Positions 1 to 11,837 are shown, counted from the stretch's first letter. The stretch: 64,000 nt of DNA from Nitrospirota bacterium (GCA_963754875.1 CAVWHO010000020.1:64001-128000), one strand, 5' to 3'. Notes: generated by a model not told the origin, from the sequence alone. Made by a program: numbers and translations.

Positions 1-2153
1 GAAGAGAGCGGCCATTTCTGGTCCCCCTTGCCGCTGCCTGGCTGCGGGGCGATGCATTACGTGAGCCGCCATGGATTCGGTTACAGTGTCTTTGAACACA
101 TGGAGGACGGGATCAGCTCGGAGGTCTGGGTTTACGTTGCAACTGATGCATCGATCAAATTTACGGCACTGAAGGTGAAAAACAGATCGGGCCGCCGGCG
201 ACGGATCTCAGCCTTCGGGTACGTGGAATGGGTGCTCGGAGATTTGCGGCCGAAAACATCGATGCATGTGATCACCGAAATCGACCCTAAAACAGGCGCG
301 ATCTTCGCGCGGAACCCTTATAACTCGGAGTTTGCTGACCGGACCGCGTTCTTTGATGCGGGCGAGGCGACCCGGACCGTGACCGGCGACCGGACCGAGT
401 TCCTCGGCCGCAACGGCGTACTTCGGAGCCCGGCTGCGATGACCCGTAGCCGGCTTTCCGGAAGGGTGGGGGCTGGTCTGGACCCCTGCGCCGCTATCCA
501 GGTCCCCTTCGATCTGGCGGACGGGCAGGAGCGGGAGATTATCTTCAGGCTCGGGGCAGGGAGAAACACCGAGGACGCAGGTAACCTGGTGCGGCGCTTC
601 CGGGGGGCCGTTGCCGGCCGCGGGGCGCTTGAAAAGGTCTGGGAGTACTGGAACCACACCCTCGGCGCAGTGCAGGTGGAAACGCCCGACCAGTCCGTCA
701 ACATGCTGGCCAACGGCTGGCTCCTCTACCAGACCCTGGCATGCCGACTTTGGGCGCGGTCCGGATACTACCAGTCCGGCGGAGCATTCGGTTTCCGCGA
801 CCAGTTGCAGGACGTGATGGCGCTCGTCCATTCCGAACCGCGGCTCGTACGAGAGCACCTTCTCCTCTGCGCGGCCCATCAGTTCAGGGAGGGAGATGTC
901 CAGCACTGGTGGCATCCCCCGACAGGACGGGGTGTGCGTACACGCTGCTCCGATGATTTTCTCTGGCTGCCCCTGGCCGCGTGCCGCTACGTTCTCTTAA
1001 CCGGAGACACGGGGGTGCTGGATGAAACCGTCCGTTTCATCGACGGCCGGCCGCTCAACCCGGACGAGGACTCCTATTACGATCTTCCTCATGCGTCTGA
1101 AGAAACAGCAAGTTTGTACGATCATTGTGTGCGGGCCATTCTGAAGGGCCTTACCCGCGGCGAGCACGGTCTGCCGCTCATCGGCTCCGGTGATTGGAAC
1201 GACGGCATGAACCTGGTTGGCAGGCTTGGCAAGGGTGAAAGCGTCTGGCTTGGATTTTTCCTGTATGAAGTGCTTGTGCGTTTTTCGGAGATTGCGCGGC
1301 TCCATGGCGATCCGTCGCTCGTTGAACGCTGCCAGGAGGAAGCTGCCCGTTTGCGCGGGGATATCGAGGGAAATGGCTGGGACGGCGAGTGGTACAGGCG
1401 TGCTTTTTTTGACGACGGTTCTCCTCTGGGTTCTGCAACCAATCCTGAATGCCGCATCGATTCCATTGCGCAAAGCTGGTCCGTTCTCTCGGGCGCCGGA
1501 GATCATGAACGCTCCCTCACTGCAATGGAATCAGTGAACAAGCTGCTTGTTCGACGGGACCACAACCTGATCCAGCTCCTTGCCCCGCCGTTCGACAAAT
1601 CGGATCTGAATCCGGGCTATATCAAGGGCTACGTTCCCGGTGTAAGGGAGAACGGCGGGCAGTACACCCACGCGGCAATCTGGACTGCCATGGCCTTTGC
1701 CGCACGGGGCGACAGCAACCGGGCGTGGGAACTGCTCAAAATGATCAACCCGATAAACCATGCGAGAACGCCGCGAGAGGTCGCGATCTACAAGGGCGAG
1801 CCGTACGTTGTCGCCGCCGACGTGTATGCGGCCCCTCCTCACATCGGACAAGGCGGATGGACCTGGTACACGGGATCGGCCGGGTGGATGTACCGGCTGA
1901 TCGTGGAGTCGCTCCTGGGGCTGCAGCTTGAAACAGACAGCCTGCGCTTCGAACCGTGCCTGCCCAAGGAGTGGGATTCGTTCAAGGTGCACTACGGTAC
2001 CGGGAAACCATCTACCATATCACTATCCGACAATTGCGCGACAACAGCGAGGCAAGCGTGACCGTCGACGGCGTTATGCAGAGCAAGAAGACTATTCCCC
2101 TTGTTGACGACCGTCAGGAGCATGAGGTAGAGGTGAGAATTGCAGCGAAGTGA
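1..2153 (+). CDS. GH94 glycoside phosphorylase, C-terminal part (cellobiose phosphorylase / cyclic beta-1,2-glucan synthase NdvB-like); 5'-partial, frameshift near 1995
   Basis: Motifs YQSGGAFGFRDQLQD, DWNDGMN, RENGGQYTHAA, WYTGSAGW. C-terminus (YRETIYHITI...IPLVDD) continues in another frame, ORF 1956-2153. Confidence 0.9.
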
Positions 2154-2222
2154 GTGATTGAAAATTTTGTAATGGCCTCAAAATGGCCTGTACATGCTCT
2201 GCGCTTTCAAACCGCCTCAAGA

Positions 2223-2307
2223 CCCATCCCCACCCCGACCCTCCCCTTGAAAGGGAGGGAGAATTCATTTCTCCCCCTTCAAGGGGGAGACTGAAGAGGG
2301 GGATGGG
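2223..2307. repeat. GC-rich composite palindromic (REP-like) intergenic element
   Basis: Outer inverted repeat cccatcccc...ggggatggg encloses two hairpins, ctccccttgaaagggag and ctcccccttcaagggggag. Confidence 0.6.
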
Positions 2308-2437
2308 TTTTCTGTGAATCGTCTATACTATTTTAAGACGACTAAAAAAATTATCACATCACATCGTACTTCACTATGATCGTCAAGTTTCTTTCCCGCA
2401 TGTTGTACTAACTCCAAATGTCCTATATACTATTCTT

Positions 2438-3931
2438 ATGACCATATCAAACTACAGTGACAAACAACACCGTTCCCTGTTGCAAAGGATCGCCCGTCGG
2501 GCGATGGTCGAGCGAGGGCTGCTTCCTGACTTCTCTCCCCAGGCGCTTACGGAACTTGACGAGATCCACGGACCTGCGACACAAACGGAAAAGGCCGTGC
2601 ACGATCTGCGGCACTTCCTCTGGTGTTCAATCGACAACGATGACTCGCGCGATCTGGACCAGTTGACCGTTGCAGAGACTATGCCGGACAAAAGTGTAAA
2701 GGTCCTCATTGCAGTCGCTGATGTCGACTCCCTCGTCAAAAGGGGATCGGCAATCGATGAGCACGCGCGCAAGAATACTACTTCAGTATATACTGCTGCC
2801 AAGATCTTTCCCATGCTGCCGGAAAAGCTTTCTACGGACCTTACGTCCCTCAACTTCGCGTCGGATCGGCATGCGATGATCGTCGAACTGGTTGTGAGCG
2901 AAGAGGGAGCGCTGCTCCGTTCCGACGTGTACGAAGCGCTTGTCCGGAACCATGCAAAGCTCGCGTACAACAGCGTTGCCGCCTGGCTGGAGAGCGCCGG
3001 TGCAATCCCGCCCGAGATACCTGCGGTCCCCGGCCTAGAGGAGAACCTCCGGATGCAGGACCGCGTCGCCCAGCAACTGAAGACGCGCAGGCACGAGCAC
3101 GGCGCGCTTACCCTTGAGACCGTGGAGGCGCGGCTGGTGTTCGACGCCGATGAATTGAAGGACCTTCAGGCAGAACGAAAGAACAGGGCTAAAGACATCA
3201 TCGAGGACCTCATGATCGCAGCGAACGGCGTGACAGCGCGCTTTCTCTCAGCCAAGGGCCTGCCGTCGTTCCGGCGCGTTGTCCGGACACCGAAACGGTG
3301 GGACCGGATCAGAGAGCTGGCCTCGGACCATGGCCAAACGCTTCCTGAAGAACCTGATGCGAGATCTCTTGAAGCGTTCCTCACCAAGGCGCAGGCTGCT
3401 GACCCGCTCCGGTTTCCCGATCTTTCCCTCGCAATCATCAAACTGCTTGGCGCAGGCGAGTACGCGCTGGAGGTACCGGGAGGCAGTACAGGCGGTCACT
3501 TTGGGCTTGCAGTCCAGGATTATTCCCACTCCACGGCTCCGAACCGGCGGTATCCGGACCTGATCACGCAGCGCTTGCTCAAGGCGGCCATAGCCGGTCA
3601 ACACATGCCGTACGAAAACGGGGAGCTGTCAGCATTGGCAACACACTGTACGGAACAAGAGGACGCGGCAAAGAAGGTAGAACGTCAGGTCAGAAAATCC
3701 GCAGCGGCAATGCTCTTGGAACACAGGATCAACGAGCAGTTCGACGCCTTCGTTACGGGCGCAGCGGAAAAAGGCACCTGGGTCAGGCTTCTCTCTCCGC
3801 CTATAGAAGGAAGGCTTACAAGCGGTTTTGAGGGCCTCGACGTGGGCCACAGGGTCCGCGTCCAGCTTATGAGTACGGATGTGGAACGCGGCTATATCGA
3901 CTTCAGGAGGGTCGGGGAAGGGAAGGCGTAA
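2438..3931 (+). CDS. RNB-domain exoribonuclease (RNase II/R family)
   Basis: SIDNDDSRDLDQ catalytic motif, HFGLA..YSHSTAPNRRYPDL, C-terminal S1-like segment. Confidence 0.9.
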   Translation: MTISNYSDKQHRSLLQRIARRAMVERGLLPDFSPQALTELDEIHGPATQTEKAVHDLRHFLWCSIDNDDSRDLDQLTVAETMPDKSVKVLIAVADVDSLVKRGSAIDEHARKNTTSVYTAAKIFPMLPEKLSTDLTSLNFASDRHAMIVELVVSEEGALLRSDVYEALVRNHAKLAYNSVAAWLESAGAIPPEIPAVPGLEENLRMQDRVAQQLKTRRHEHGALTLETVEARLVFDADELKDLQAERKNRAKDIIEDLMIAANGVTARFLSAKGLPSFRRVVRTPKRWDRIRELASDHGQTLPEEPDARSLEAFLTKAQAADPLRFPDLSLAIIKLLGAGEYALEVPGGSTGGHFGLAVQDYSHSTAPNRRYPDLITQRLLKAAIAGQHMPYENGELSALATHCTEQEDAAKKVERQVRKSAAAMLLEHRINEQFDAFVTGAAEKGTWVRLLSPPIEGRLTSGFEGLDVGHRVRVQLMSTDVERGYIDFRRVGEGKA

Positions 3932-4263
3932 GAGCAAAGAAGAAACAAATCAAATCCTGCTCAAAAAGAAATGTATGCCAAAACGCGGGCACAAACAGTA
4001 CCGCAGAGAAAAACTCAAAACAATGTTCTGGGTTAGAGCACTGTCCGTGTCGTTTCAAGGCGAAGACCCGGCATAGTTAATATGCGGTGCCGCCGGCCTG
4101 CGCCCGTAGCCCTCGCTGTTCTTTGGTTTTTTCTCCTGTTCGCCTATCGGAATAATTGATGCTATAATTTATGTATACAATCGAGTATTTCCCAGGAAAC
4201 CTGATTCGGTCGGTTGAATACCGAAACGAACCGAAAAAAGCAAAAGAAAGGTGATAGACGAGC

Positions 4264-4410
4264 ATGAAAAAAATTAGGATACTGATAATCGGTCTCCTGT
4301 TGGTCGTGTCCAGCGGTTGTTTTCCCGTTTTTGTGCCTGTCGACGGCGGCCACGGAGGACATGGGGAACACGAACGTGGTGGAGATCGCGATCGTGGCGA
4401 ACGCCATTAA
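4264..4410 (+). CDS. Small putative lipoprotein with Gly/His/Arg-rich tail (48 aa; not in ORF track)
   Basis: Manual translation MKKIRILIIGLLLVVSSGCFPVFVPVDGGHGGHGEHERGGDRDRGERH*. Lipobox-like SSGC; aaggtga upstream. Confidence 0.55.
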   Translation: MKKIRILIIGLLLVVSSGCFPVFVPVDGGHGGHGEHERGGDRDRGERH

Positions 4411-4774
4411 AGTGCTGCCGGGTTAGATCAGGGTCTATCTGTTTCACAGCGCATCTCGCATCTCGTTTCTCAAAAAAAGAACGCTGTTATTTCCCGTGCG
4501 AAATTCACGGCCCGCTGATCCACCTCGGACAAATACGCAGACAGTCTCGTAGGTCGGGTAGAGCAGAGCGAAACCCGACACAATGATCCCAACCACGCCG
4601 AGCGGAACGCTGAGTAAAGAGGCTCTCCTTAAAAAATACCATTAAATAGCAAGAATTGGTATAAATCATTGCATCTCTCGCCGTGCCGGCAATGATACGT
4701 GAAATTGATGAGAAATAATGTTATAATGCGTTCAGCTGAAATGAGCGTAAATCTACTGAATTGGAGCTGGAGCC

Positions 4775-4996
4775 ATGATAAAACAACTTACAGCAATTAT
4801 TGAGCGTGAAGAGGGCGGATACGTATCTCTTTGCCCGGAATTTGATATCGCCAGCCAGGGCGATACAATCGAAGAGGCCCGCTTGAACCTTCGAGAGGCC
4901 CTTGAGTTGTTCTTCGAGACTGCATCCCCCAAAGAGATTCAGACGCGTATGCACGAAGAAGTTCACGTTACCAGAGTGGAGGTTGCGGTTGGGTAA
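4775..4996 (+). CDS. hicB: HicB-family antitoxin
   Basis: AIIEREEGGYVSLCPEFDIASQGDTIEEARLNLREALELF is typical of short HicB proteins. Confidence 0.85.
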   Translation: MIKQLTAIIEREEGGYVSLCPEFDIASQGDTIEEARLNLREALELFFETASPKEIQTRMHEEVHVTRVEVAVG

Positions 4997-5210
4997 GCTT
5001 CGCATCCTTTCGGGGAAATTAGTTGCGACATCCTTGAGAAACGCGGTTTTATTCAGGTGCGTCAGCGTGGCAGTCATATTGTGATGCAGAAGCGATTGCC
5101 TGATACGACAATCACCGTACCCGTTCCAAATCATGCCGAGTTATGCATCGGCACACTTCACAATCCATCATCCGCCAGTCTGGTTTAAATAAATCTGAAT
5201 TCGGGTCCTG
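4989..5210 (+). pseudogene. hicA: HicA-family toxin, frameshifted
   Basis: GKLRILSG in one frame, then RQRGSHIVMQK...TVPVPNHAELCIGTL in another. Overlaps the hicB stop. Indels may be assembly errors. Confidence 0.7.
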
Positions 5211-5269
5211 AATAGATTCCGACCAACGGATACATAGCGACGCGCCAGAGGCGGCGCGAAGAGGTTATC

Positions 5270-5992
5270 ATGGCCAAATTGCAGCAGAGGGAAGTCCTTT
5301 GCCAGATTTGCAAAGAACAAAAGAAAATGAGCGAAGTGTTTTCAGCGGATGTTGTCCGGGAGCCGATCGTCGAGAAGATTTTGGCGAACCACCCCGACTG
5401 GTCCTCGCAGGGTTTCATCTGTAAAGCCGACCTCAATCGCTATCGGGCAGAGTATGTCAAGGACGTCATCAAGGCGGACAAAGGCGAGTTGTCGGTATTG
5501 GATGAACAGGTCGTAAAAAGTCTGGAAGAGCAGGAACTTCTGTCAAAAAACATCAATGTTGAGTATGACCGGCAGCGGAGCGTAGGCGAGATCATGGCGG
5601 ACAGGCTTGCCGACTTCGGCGGCAGCTGGCTCTTTATCGGCATCTTCTGTGTGGTGCTGTTAGTATGGATAGTCATGAATTCCGCTGTCATGCTCATGAA
5701 GCCCTTTGATCCCTATCCGTATATATTTCTCAACCTGATCCTATCCTGTCTTGCCGCCATGCAGGCCCCTGTCATTCTCATGAGCCAGAACCGCCAGGAG
5801 GCGAGGGACCGCATTCAGGCGGAGCATGATTATCGTATCAACCTCAAGGCTGAACTGGAGATCCGCCACTTGCACGAGAAGATCGACCATCTTCTCATGA
5901 ATCAGTGGCAGCGGCTGATGGAAATCCAGCAGATCCAGATGGAGCTCATGGAAGAGCTTGCGCATAAAAAAGGGCGGGAACGGACGGAATAA
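5270..5992 (+). CDS. DUF1003 family membrane protein
   Basis: FGGSW, FDPYPYIFLNLILSCLAAMQAPVILMSQNRQ signature. Confidence 0.85.
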   Translation: MAKLQQREVLCQICKEQKKMSEVFSADVVREPIVEKILANHPDWSSQGFICKADLNRYRAEYVKDVIKADKGELSVLDEQVVKSLEEQELLSKNINVEYDRQRSVGEIMADRLADFGGSWLFIGIFCVVLLVWIVMNSAVMLMKPFDPYPYIFLNLILSCLAAMQAPVILMSQNRQEARDRIQAEHDYRINLKAELEIRHLHEKIDHLLMNQWQRLMEIQQIQMELMEELAHKKGRERTE

Positions 5993-6287
5993 CGCTTTCT
6001 TGTGAGGTCTATGGTCAGCATTCCTGTACGTCGGTTTGAGCGTTGGTGTTGGACTGTGCCCTTCCTTGATGTGTTGCCAAAACAGGCATAATACTTATTT
6101 TGGCAGTATACTTATAGCCAGATAAACTCACTTGAAAGATCACTTACGCGGCAGTTCAAATGTACACTGTTGCGCTCACGCACGCGTTATTTTACACACT
6201 TTAGATCAAAGGTCATGGAGACTGGCGGCTGATGCGGGGGATGCACCGGCCGGTAATGAATCTGAGGCAGCTTGAAAGGAGGATCAT

Positions 6288-6437
6288 ATGTTGTGGACAA
6301 TCGCCGCGGTACTGATAATTCTGTGGTTGTTGGGGCTGGTGTCCGGCTATACGATGGGTTATTTTATTCACATCCTGCTGGTCATTGCCATCATCGTTGT
6401 GCTGGTCAGAGTCATTCGGGGACGAAAACCGTTTTAG
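6288..6437 (+). CDS. Small lmo0937-like membrane protein (49 aa; not in ORF track)
   Basis: Manual translation MLWTIAAVLIILWLLGLVSGYTMGYFIHILLVIAIIVVLVRVIRGRKPF*. Strong RBS aaaggagg. Confidence 0.8.
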   Translation: MLWTIAAVLIILWLLGLVSGYTMGYFIHILLVIAIIVVLVRVIRGRKPF

Positions 6438-6492
6438 ATCTCAAGTTCAGTACTAACAGGTCACATCATGATCACAAAAAGGAGTAATTGCC

Positions 6493-6807
6493 ATGAAAAA
6501 TAGAAATATTGTTATCCGAGGTTTAATGCTTCTTATGTTGATCTCCTTTTTTGCAGCCTGCGCATCCACTACTACACATGAGAGTACAGGTGAATACGTT
6601 GACGATTCGGTCATCACGGCCAAGGTAAAATCTCTGCTTGCAGCAGATGATTTTCTCAAGTCATTTCAGATCAACGTCAAAACCTACCAGGGAATTGTGC
6701 AACTGAGCGGGTTCGTTAATTCTCAGCAGACCGTTGATAAAGCGGGTGAGGTCGTAAAGAGCGTCAAAGGGGTAAAATCCATAAAAAATGATCTGATCAT
6801 GAAATAG
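6493..6807 (+). CDS. BON-domain lipoprotein (OsmY-like)
   Basis: Lipobox FAAC; GEYVDDSVITAKVK...VQLSGFV...VKGVKSIKNDL. Confidence 0.9.
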   Translation: MKNRNIVIRGLMLLMLISFFAACASTTTHESTGEYVDDSVITAKVKSLLAADDFLKSFQINVKTYQGIVQLSGFVNSQQTVDKAGEVVKSVKGVKSIKNDLIMK

Positions 6808-7072
6808 GCGACCGTTGTCCTTTTCCGGATGAAGCATTGCGGCCCTCGTCGGCCAGAATTCCAAAGTCCGTTATTTCGCTTGTGAACGCTGTTGAGTGGT
6901 GTAGAGCAGAGTCATCCAGAGCCGAAAACTCTTTTAGGCGAAGGGAGACGATGAATTCATCCCGGATAAACTCTCCTAAGCGTGTACGAGAGGCTACCCC
7001 GGGGAAGTCGTAATTGACGGCAAAAAGCGACAGAAGCAATACCGACCAGAAGAGTGAAGAAAGGTGTGAATC

Positions 7073-8953
7073 GTGGCTGAAGATAAGAAGGACGACAAAG
7101 GCAGTACCCCCAGTGTCTATTGGAGGTACCTTGCGGTATTTTTTGCTGTTTCCGTTTTAATGTATTTATGGGGCGGTTTTTTCAATAGTAACGCTCCCGC
7201 GCACACTACAATAAACTACAGCCAGTTTATGGAGCAGCTGAGCGCAGGCAATATCAAATCCGTTTCCATAAAAAAGGAATTGCTCAGCGGGGAGTTCGTG
7301 AAAGAGACGAGCGTCTTGCTCCCGGAAGAAAAGAAGCCCAGCCAGGTGAAATACTTCAAGACCGTCCTGCCTTCTTTCCAGGGGGAAGGGCTCCTGTCCC
7401 AGCTCAAAGAAAAGAATGTGAACATCACCATCGAATCCTCTGAACAAGGGGCGCTCTGGCAGATGGTGATAGGGTTCCTGCCCTGGTTATTGATCATCGG
7501 TTTCTGGATTTTCATATCGAAGCGGAATCAGCAGATCCAGGGAGGTCCCGGTGGCCTCTTTGCGTTCGGGGCAAGCAAGGCCAAGCTGTATGATGTGAAA
7601 AAACCGAAAGTGACCTTTCAGGACGTTGCCGGGATGGACAATGTGAAGATGGAACTGAGGGAGACCATCGAGTTCCTGAAAGATCCCTCCCGGTTCGAAA
7701 AGATCGGGGCAAAGGTCCCGAAAGGCGTGCTTCTGATCGGACCTCCGGGCACAGGCAAAACCCTTTTTGCTCGCGCAACCGCAGGCGAGGCCGCAGTGCC
7801 TTTTTACAGCATCAGCGCCTCGGAATTCATAGAAATGTTCGTAGGCGTCGGCGCCTCACGGGTCAGGGATATGTTCAAAAAAGCCAAGGAGACTCAGCCG
7901 AGCATCATTTTTATCGACGAGCTCGATGCGGTAGGACGTACGCGCGGAGCAGGGCTTGGAGGCGGAAGTGATGAACGGGAGCAGACGCTGAACCAGTTGT
8001 TGAGCGAGATGGACGGATTCAACCCTCATGAAGAAGTGATCGTCATGGCCGCGACCAACAGGCCCGATGTCCTGGACCCCGCGCTTCTCCGGCCGGGAAG
8101 GTTCGACCGTCACATCGTGGTAGACCGGCCGGGCTGGAAAGAACGGAAGGCGATCCTGGAGATCCATGTGAGGGGCAAGAAGCTGGCGCCTGATGTGGAT
8201 TTCGAAGCCCTGGCAAAGGGCACGCCGGGCATGACCGGCGCCGACCTCAAGAACCTCACCAACGAGGCCGCTTTGGTCGCCTTGCGGAAGAACAAAGAGA
8301 TGATTGACCGGATCGACTTTTTAGAGGCCGAGGACAGTATCCTGATGGGGGCCGTGAAGGAGTTGACCATCAGCGATCTGGAAAAACGGATAACCGCCTA
8401 TCATGAGGCAGGTCATACGCTCACGGCCTGGGAATTGCCCGGCGCTGATCCCATCTACAAGGTCAGCATCATCCCGCGCGGAATGGCGATGGGTGTTACG
8501 CAACTCCTGCCTGGAGAAGACCGGCACTATTATCCCCGTACCTATCTGATGAACAGGTTGAGCATCAACCTTGCCGGACGGGTTGCGGAAAAGATCGTGT
8601 TTAACGATATCAGCAGCGGCGCACAGAACGACCTGAAAGACGCGACCGCGCTTGCCGAGAAGATGGTGGCGCAGTGGGGCATGAGCGATAAGGTCGGTCC
8701 GGTAAATCTCGGCCGCGGCGAAGAACATCCGTTCCTGGGCAGGGAGTTGTCTTTGCCGAAGCGCTACAGTGAGGAGATGGCCTGGCTCATGGACCAGGAG
8801 ATCCAGAAAATCATCATTGATGCGGAATCACGGGCAACGGAAATATTGATCGGGAAAAGGCATACCCTTGACGCGCTCGCGGAAGCTTTGATGAAGGAAG
8901 AAATGCTGGAACGGGCTGATGTGGAACGGATAATAGAGGCTACGAAAGGATAA
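7073..8953 (+). CDS. ftsH: ATP-dependent zinc metalloprotease FtsH
   Basis: Two TM segments, Walker [31 protein letters not shown] zinc motif. Confidence 0.95.
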   Translation: MAEDKKDDKGSTPSVYWRYLAVFFAVSVLMYLWGGFFNSNAPAHTTINYSQFMEQLSAGNIKSVSIKKELLSGEFVKETSVLLPEEKKPSQVKYFKTVLPSFQGEGLLSQLKEKNVNITIESSEQGALWQMVIGFLPWLLIIGFWIFISKRNQQIQGGPGGLFAFGASKAKLYDVKKPKVTFQDVAGMDNVKMELRETIEFLKDPSRFEKIGAKVPKGVLLIGPPGTGKTLFARATAGEAAVPFYSISASEFIEMFVGVGASRVRDMFKKAKETQPSIIFIDELDAVGRTRGAGLGGGSDEREQTLNQLLSEMDGFNPHEEVIVMAATNRPDVLDPALLRPGRFDRHIVVDRPGWKERKAILEIHVRGKKLAPDVDFEALAKGTPGMTGADLKNLTNEAALVALRKNKEMIDRIDFLEAEDSILMGAVKELTISDLEKRITAYHEAGHTLTAWELPGADPIYKVSIIPRGMAMGVTQLLPGEDRHYYPRTYLMNRLSINLAGRVAEKIVFNDISSGAQNDLKDATALAEKMVAQWGMSDKVGPVNLGRGEEHPFLGRELSLPKRYSEEMAWLMDQEIQKIIIDAESRATEILIGKRHTLDALAEALMKEEMLERADVERIIEATKG

Positions 8954-8993
8954 CAAGAGTCACACCCATCCAGGCCTTATATAATGGACAGAC

Positions 8994-9027
8994 AAAAACT
9001 CAGAGGTTTTATTTCCTCTGAGTTTTT
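8994..9027. terminator. Intrinsic terminator hairpin after ftsH
   Basis: aaaaactcagagg / cctctgagttttt perfect inverted repeat with A- and T-tracts. Confidence 0.7.
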
Positions 9028-9042
9028 CTGATTGATCCTCTT

Positions 9043-9180
9043 ACGGTGCGACCACGGTACGAGGTTTTCAGGGCTAGTTCGTTGATTAATAATTTGGCGG
9101 GAGAGCATGAAAATTCGAACTACTGTTTGCACTTAAATTATCAAAGAGTTACAGACCTTTGCGGTACGATCACGGTACGA
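9043..9180. repeat. att junction 1: tRNA-Sec 3'-end copy (9095-9120) with arm-type repeats and IHF-like site
   Basis: tggcgggagagcatga is identical to the tRNA 3' end, followed by diverged aaattcgaac. (a/g)cggt(a/g)cga repeats at 9043, 9054, 9161 and 9172. tatcaaagagtta at 9139. Confidence 0.85.
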
Positions 9181-9611
9181 GGTTGAAAATATTCACGTTA
9201 CGCCCCCGATTTGAGTCACCCATTTGAAGGCGACCTGTCAACGGTAATTCTAATTATTCTTGCCGGGCAGTGAGACTGCAAAGTTCAGTATTCTAACGCG
9301 TTCCTAAGTAAGTATTTCTTGTATCGTATTCTGCAGGTCTATTCAAGATGCAGTTCAGAAGCATAAGTACGACTAATGTAGTGATGATTGAGTGGTTCGG
9401 CAAATGAATTGTTAATTTTGGAGCAATTGACAACAATTGCCGAAGAGCTAAAATTTAATTGGTGGCCGAAAAAGCATGGTGTTAGCGATCCGATAGAAGA
9501 AAAAAACAGTTTATAAAAAATGAAGAATGATTTTAAGATTCAATTAGAAATGGACTCCTGTAACGCAGGAAGTAACAATCGCTATCATCATAATATGCCG
9601 ATGGCAACATC

Positions 9612-10652
9612 ATGAAACAAATCCTCCAACGAGCAGCGGCTGGTTTTTATCCCGGCTATTTTTCTTTTGTCATGGCCACAGGCATTGTATCCATAGCCGC
9701 GTTGCTGCAGCGAATGGAAATGACGGCAGCGGCCCTTTTTATTCTGAATAAGATCGCTTATGCTGTTTTGATTTTTCTTATGGCCTTGCGAGGGCTGCTG
9801 TTGCCAAGAGAATTTGTATCCGACATGACAACGCCGGCCCGGGCGCCTGCACTGTTTACGATAACTGCCGGGACGTGTATTCTCGGCAGTCAATTTCTTA
9901 TTTTATCGGGATCGTTTCATGTTGGTTACTTCTTCTGGTCCGCTGGCTTATTCTTCTGGACGGTTCTCAGCTACGCATTTTTTACTGCGGTTATTATCAG
10001 GAAAGAAAAAACTACGGACGAGGGTGAGCTGAGCGGTTCATGGCTGATCTTTGCAGTCGGGACACAGGCTGCAGCTGTCGTCACCATCCTGCTCACACCT
10101 TACCTCGCCCGCGGGCAGGACGTTATGCTGCTGGTCGCATCGACCATGCACGGTGCGGGAATCGCACTCTATTTTATCCTCATTGTCCTTATAAGCCGCC
10201 GCATGATATTCTTTGAACTTGCTGCGGAAAAATTGATTCCAACCTACTGGATTAACATGGGTGCTGCCGCCATCAGCACACTGGCAGGGGCCGAACTCAT
10301 GCTGCACGCCCGCTTCTGGGGTTTTTTGCAGGAAGCGCTTCCCGCTCTCAGGTGGACGACGCTGGTGCTCTGGGCAGTGACGACCTGGTGGTTTCCCCTC
10401 CTGGTATTGCTCAACCTCTGGCGGTATGGATACAAGCGTTTTCCCATTGCCTACGACGTCGAACACTGGAGCATGGTTTTTCCGCTCGGCATGTATGCGG
10501 CATGCACGTTTCAATTCGGAGAAGCTGCAGGGCTACCAGCTCTTTTATCCATCTCCCGCTATTTGTTCTACCTTGCCCTGGCTGCATGGATACTGGTATT
10601 CACCGGTATGGTTGTCAGTCTGTTGCGAAAGTTCACTAATATCATCGCTTAA
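9612..10652 (+). CDS. TDT/SLAC1-family (tellurite-resistance/C4-dicarboxylate) anion channel
   Basis: PGYFSFVMATGIVS, YWINMGAAAIS, WSMVFPLGMY; about 10 hydrophobic helices. Confidence 0.85.
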   Translation: MKQILQRAAAGFYPGYFSFVMATGIVSIAALLQRMEMTAAALFILNKIAYAVLIFLMALRGLLLPREFVSDMTTPARAPALFTITAGTCILGSQFLILSGSFHVGYFFWSAGLFFWTVLSYAFFTAVIIRKEKTTDEGELSGSWLIFAVGTQAAAVVTILLTPYLARGQDVMLLVASTMHGAGIALYFILIVLISRRMIFFELAAEKLIPTYWINMGAAAISTLAGAELMLHARFWGFLQEALPALRWTTLVLWAVTTWWFPLLVLLNLWRYGYKRFPIAYDVEHWSMVFPLGMYAACTFQFGEAAGLPALLSISRYLFYLALAAWILVFTGMVVSLLRKFTNIIA

Positions 10653-11096
10653 TGCTGGTTTCCCTTGCTGTACTTGAATTAGGTGTGAGAGGCCAAATTA
10701 AAGAAAGACAGCCATCCAGACCTATGAGGGGCAGACCACAGCCTCCTATATTGTAGGGTCCAAGCAGTAAAGCTGGTCTGTCATATACTTTAAAACTGAT
10801 GTTTAGCCCCTCCTGAACAAGATTAATGTCTGGTTCGCTGCTGAATAATCTGTTTGTTCAATAGGAAGTTTTCTGCGGAATAACGGGCTGCTTCTAATAG
10901 TGGTAAAATTTTAATTAAGGGCACAAAGATTCTGAGGTGTTTTCGTTCAACCTGTGTAATAAAAAAGTTTCGTAAAAACTCAACTCTCTTTGCCCCTTAG
11001 ATTCACAGCAACAAAAAAAATATTTACCGTGGATAAAGGAAAGCAGGTTATGAAAATGAAGTTATCACTGTACGACTTAATGAAAAAGGAGGCCTT

Positions 11097-11399
11097 ATGA
11101 TTTCAAAGTTACTTGTACCAATAGATGGATCAAAAGTATCGCATAAAGCCGCAAAATACGCGGTTGAACTCGCCAGGCAGACAGGCGCATCTTTGGCGCT
11201 GCTGAGCGTCATTGATAATCGCTTCGTCGTCGATCAGACAGTTTCAGCTTCCGCATCGCCGACCCATTTAAAAGAGTCTGTCGAAGATTATTTGAAGCAG
11301 TCAGCGCAATCTTTCACTGACGAGATAGCAAAAGTCTGCAAGCGGAATCGCATTCAATGCAAAGCTGTTATAAAGAAATGGACAAATATCGATGCATAG
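11097..11399 (+). pseudogene. Universal stress protein, C-terminally truncated
   Basis: KLLVPIDGS N-terminus. Lacks the G-x2-G...GS C-terminal half and runs into the rubredoxin start. Confidence 0.7.
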
Positions 11400-11569
11400 T
11401 ATGTGGATACATTTATGATCCTGATATGGGCGAGCCTGACAACGAGATTCTTTCGGGCACCGGCTTTGAAAACGTGCCGGACACCTATGTTTGTCCTATA
11501 TGCGGTGCGCCCAAGGACCAGTTTGAAAAAGTAAACTGGAGGAGGATAAACGCATGGGTTATACAATAG
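11378..11569 (+). CDS. Rubredoxin
   Basis: [15 protein letters not shown]...[23 protein letters not shown]. Confidence 0.9.
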   Translation: MDKYRCIVCGYIYDPDMGEPDNEILSGTGFENVPDTYVCPICGAPKDQFEKVNWRRINAWVIQ

Positions 11570-11817
11570 TTGCGCTGAAGGCTAAGATTCTGGAGATGTA
11601 CCCCGAAATTGAAAAACAAGGCATCTCAGCGAGCCTAGAATTCAGCGAGCAGAAAAATGCCTATATTGTAAAGTTCAAAAAAGAGCAGCATGAACTTATA
11701 ACGTACCTTGAGAAAAAGGATGCCGACGATTGCATGGACGGCATTAAATGCGTATATCTCGGCGTACAGATCGGACAGTTCGTAAAAAACTTCGAAATTA
11801 GAGAAAAGGATTATTGA
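11554..11817 (+). CDS. Hypothetical protein (87 aa)
   Basis: RBS ggagga; C-x5-C near the C-terminus; lies in the rubredoxin/ferredoxin cluster. Confidence 0.7.
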   Translation: MGYTIVALKAKILEMYPEIEKQGISASLEFSEQKNAYIVKFKKEQHELITYLEKKDADDCMDGIKCVYLGVQIGQFVKNFEIREKDY

Positions 11818-11837
11818 AGTCAAGAGTGGAGTGAATA

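Noticed and set aside
6830..7040. Possible structured ncRNA upstream of ftsH
   Set aside because: No recognisable family motif or convincing fold.
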